A stretch of 64,000 bases of DNA from Pristiophorus japonicus (Eukaryota): NCBI RefSeq assembly GCF_044704955.1, contig NC_091990.1:9052001-9116000 (forward strand), read 5' to 3'. How positions within the stretch are numbered: position 1 is the first letter of the stretch; every line of letters begins with the position of its first letter. Both the position numbers and the translations under genes were made by a program. The notes under the pieces were generated by a model. It saw only the letters and a list, made by a program, of their open reading frames with translations, was not told the DNA's origin and ran no database searches. Below are positions 62,019 to 64,000 of this stretch, one piece after another.

Positions 62019-62594
62019 GTGAGTGAATTATTCCTCCCGTATACTACTGATTGGATCGTGACTGTTGCACTTTGCACCTTTGCACAAACTGTTCCTATTG
62101 GGGATCTGAGCACGCAGGAGTATTTTAAAAATATTTTGTAGGTGAATTGTGATCAGCTTGTGCTCTCTGCAGCTCAAAGTTGTTTTCAGACTTGTGTCTG
62201 CAGCTACAGGAGATTGATCTGAACATCATGTAGCTATTTTCATAAATGCCCAGCCATTATTAACACCAAAAAACAGACACATTTAACCATTTAAACAGAA
62301 CTTCAGACAACGCAATAGTTTCGCTAAGACAGGAAAAAACTTCACATTGTTGCAGTTGAAGAGAGTATAATTATATTAATTTAAGATGTGATAGATGAGC
62401 CTTTTTGAAGTAGAGGCCATATACTAAAAATGCCAGAACAACTGAACTGATCCTTGACTGGCCATTGCTTTTTCATTATAGATTGTGACGGTAAACAAGA
62501 ATTTTAAATGAATAAAAATTTAAGAAGGATGAAATTAAATGACACCTGTCATTCCTTTTACAGTTTTTATACAATATGTTTGTTAAATAAAGAA

Positions 62595-62815
62595 AGACTT
62601 GCATTTATATAGCACCTTTCATGACCACTAGGCATCCCAAAGTGCTTTACAGCCAATGAAGTACATTTTCTTGAAGTGTAGTCACTGTTGTATTGTGGGA
62701 AACGGCAATTTGCGCACAGCAAGCTCCCGCAAACAGCAATGTGATAAAGTCCAGATCGATAAAGTCCAGATCATCTGTTTTAGTTAGGGATAAATATTGG
62801 CCAGGATTGTTAGTG
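62595..62815 (-). mobile_element. Deu-SINE 3' fragment
   Basis: Same tail and body as the other copies. Confidence 0.75.
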
Positions 62816-62862
62816 GAATATTGTGCTTTTAAGAGAATCCCATGTGTTCCTTTGTACTTCAG

Positions 62863-63075
62863 GTCTCCCATGGCTCTCTGTCAGGACTGAGAAACTGGAA
62901 GTCTGCAGAAACACCTTCCAGTGTGTTTAGTACCAGCTTGTTTAAAGCCTTCCTTCCTCTTAAGGATAAGCTAGAGCTGGGCGATGCATGGTGGATGATC
63001 CCCAGTGAGCTGACCATCTTCACAGGGTATCTCTCCAACAATAGATTTTACCCTCCAACACCACAAGGACGAGAG
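62863..63075 (+). CDS. SELENON: Selenoprotein N coding exon 4 (equivalent to human exon 5); gene continues beyond the window
   Basis: CTTCAG|GTC gives [45 protein letters not shown]|GTAATG, phase 0. Confidence 0.95.
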
Positions 63076-63559
63076 GTAATGTAACTCCCCCACCCTGTGC
63101 ACAGTAATGTGGCTCAGCTTCTGAAGTCACGCGAGCTGATGGGGTTATTGAAGCCCATCGAGTTATTGGATGTTTAGTACAAAATCCAGAATCGAGCCAC
63201 CTCACAGTTACAGACACTATGATGCGTTATGAAGACCGTGGTTTTGCAAAAATAGGTAGCTCTTGGTACATTCATATTTCCTGTGCAAAACCTGTTTCAC
63301 GACAGAATGTTTTCAATTATTTTTCATCAGAATTCCAGCCATTTCCTGGTTATGATCATCCTTCAGTCCCAAAATGTTTCTAACTTTTATTGTGTAACGA
63401 TCTCCGTGCACTATCCTTCTGGTGGGAGCATGGGTTGTGAAACTGCATTTTACTGGAACTTCTCTTGTATTTGTGAGCAGCAGTCCAGTGGCATCACCAG
63501 CGCCCTGGGGAGTTTTGGCAGCTTATGGCCTGGTGGCTGGAGGGAGCTCTTTGCTCTTC

Positions 63560-64000
63560 TCCATCCACTGTATTGGGGCAATGGGCAAGGAACTCCATCC
63601 AGTGTATGAGGCAGTGGGCAGGGAGCTCCATCCAGTGTATGGGACAGTGGACAGTGGGCAGGGAACTCCATCCAGTGTATGAGGCAGTGGGCAGGGAACT
63701 CCATCCAGTGTATGGGGCAGTGGGCAGGGAACTCCATCCAGTGTATGGGACAGTGGGCAGGGAGCTCCATCCAGTGTATGGGACAGTGGACAGTGGGCAG
63801 GGAACTCCATCCAGTGTATGAGGCAGTGGGCAGGGAACTCCATCCAGTGTATGGGGCAGTGGGCAGGGAACTCCATCCAGTGTATGGGACAGTGGGCAGT
63901 GGGCAGGGAACTCCATCCATTGTATGGGACAGTGGGCAGGGAACTCCATCCATTGTATTGGGGCAATGGGCAAGGAACACCATTCACTGTGTGGGATAGT
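63560..64000 (+). repeat. 33-bp (with 40-bp variant) minisatellite CAGTGGGCAGGGAACTCCATCCAGTGTATGGGG in a SELENON intron
   Basis: About 12 tandem units; source of the HCPIHWMEF-type ORFs. Confidence 0.93.

Noticed and set aside
54882-64000. Sec UGA codon and SECIS element of SELENON
   Set aside because: They lie in downstream exons and the 3'UTR, beyond the window.

Overview
Vertebrate genomic DNA, most likely a shark or other cartilaginous fish, judged from the repeat content (Deu-domain tRNA SINEs, CR1, RTE, L2, Tx1 and Mag-type Gypsy elements). It is not prokaryotic and has no CRISPR array. Spliced host genes recognised by hand translation: ZMPSTE24 exon 1 (minus, 386-493); a two-exon TMCO2 orthologue (minus, 17808-18098 + 12666-12983); a second, divergent TMCO2-like coiled-coil/CxCxxC exon with its own polyA signal but no visible transmembrane exon (minus, 31649-31987); the complete ZNF593 CDS (plus, three coding exons, 35990-38412); and SELENON coding exons 1-4 (plus, 54882-63075, continuing past the window). 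The rest is mostly transposon debris: a young 5'-truncated Tx1-like LINE with an open reading frame nested in a CR1 in SELENON intron 1, an integrase-deleted Gypsy with two 211-bp LTRs, nested and inverted RTE insertions, and SINE-born 33-bp minisatellites. The most notable observation is an apparent pair of TMCO2-family genes in a chondrichthyan, one of them possibly TM-less and head-to-head with ZNF593. Gene names rest on remembered similarity to human proteins; no database search was run, and repeat boundaries are approximate.
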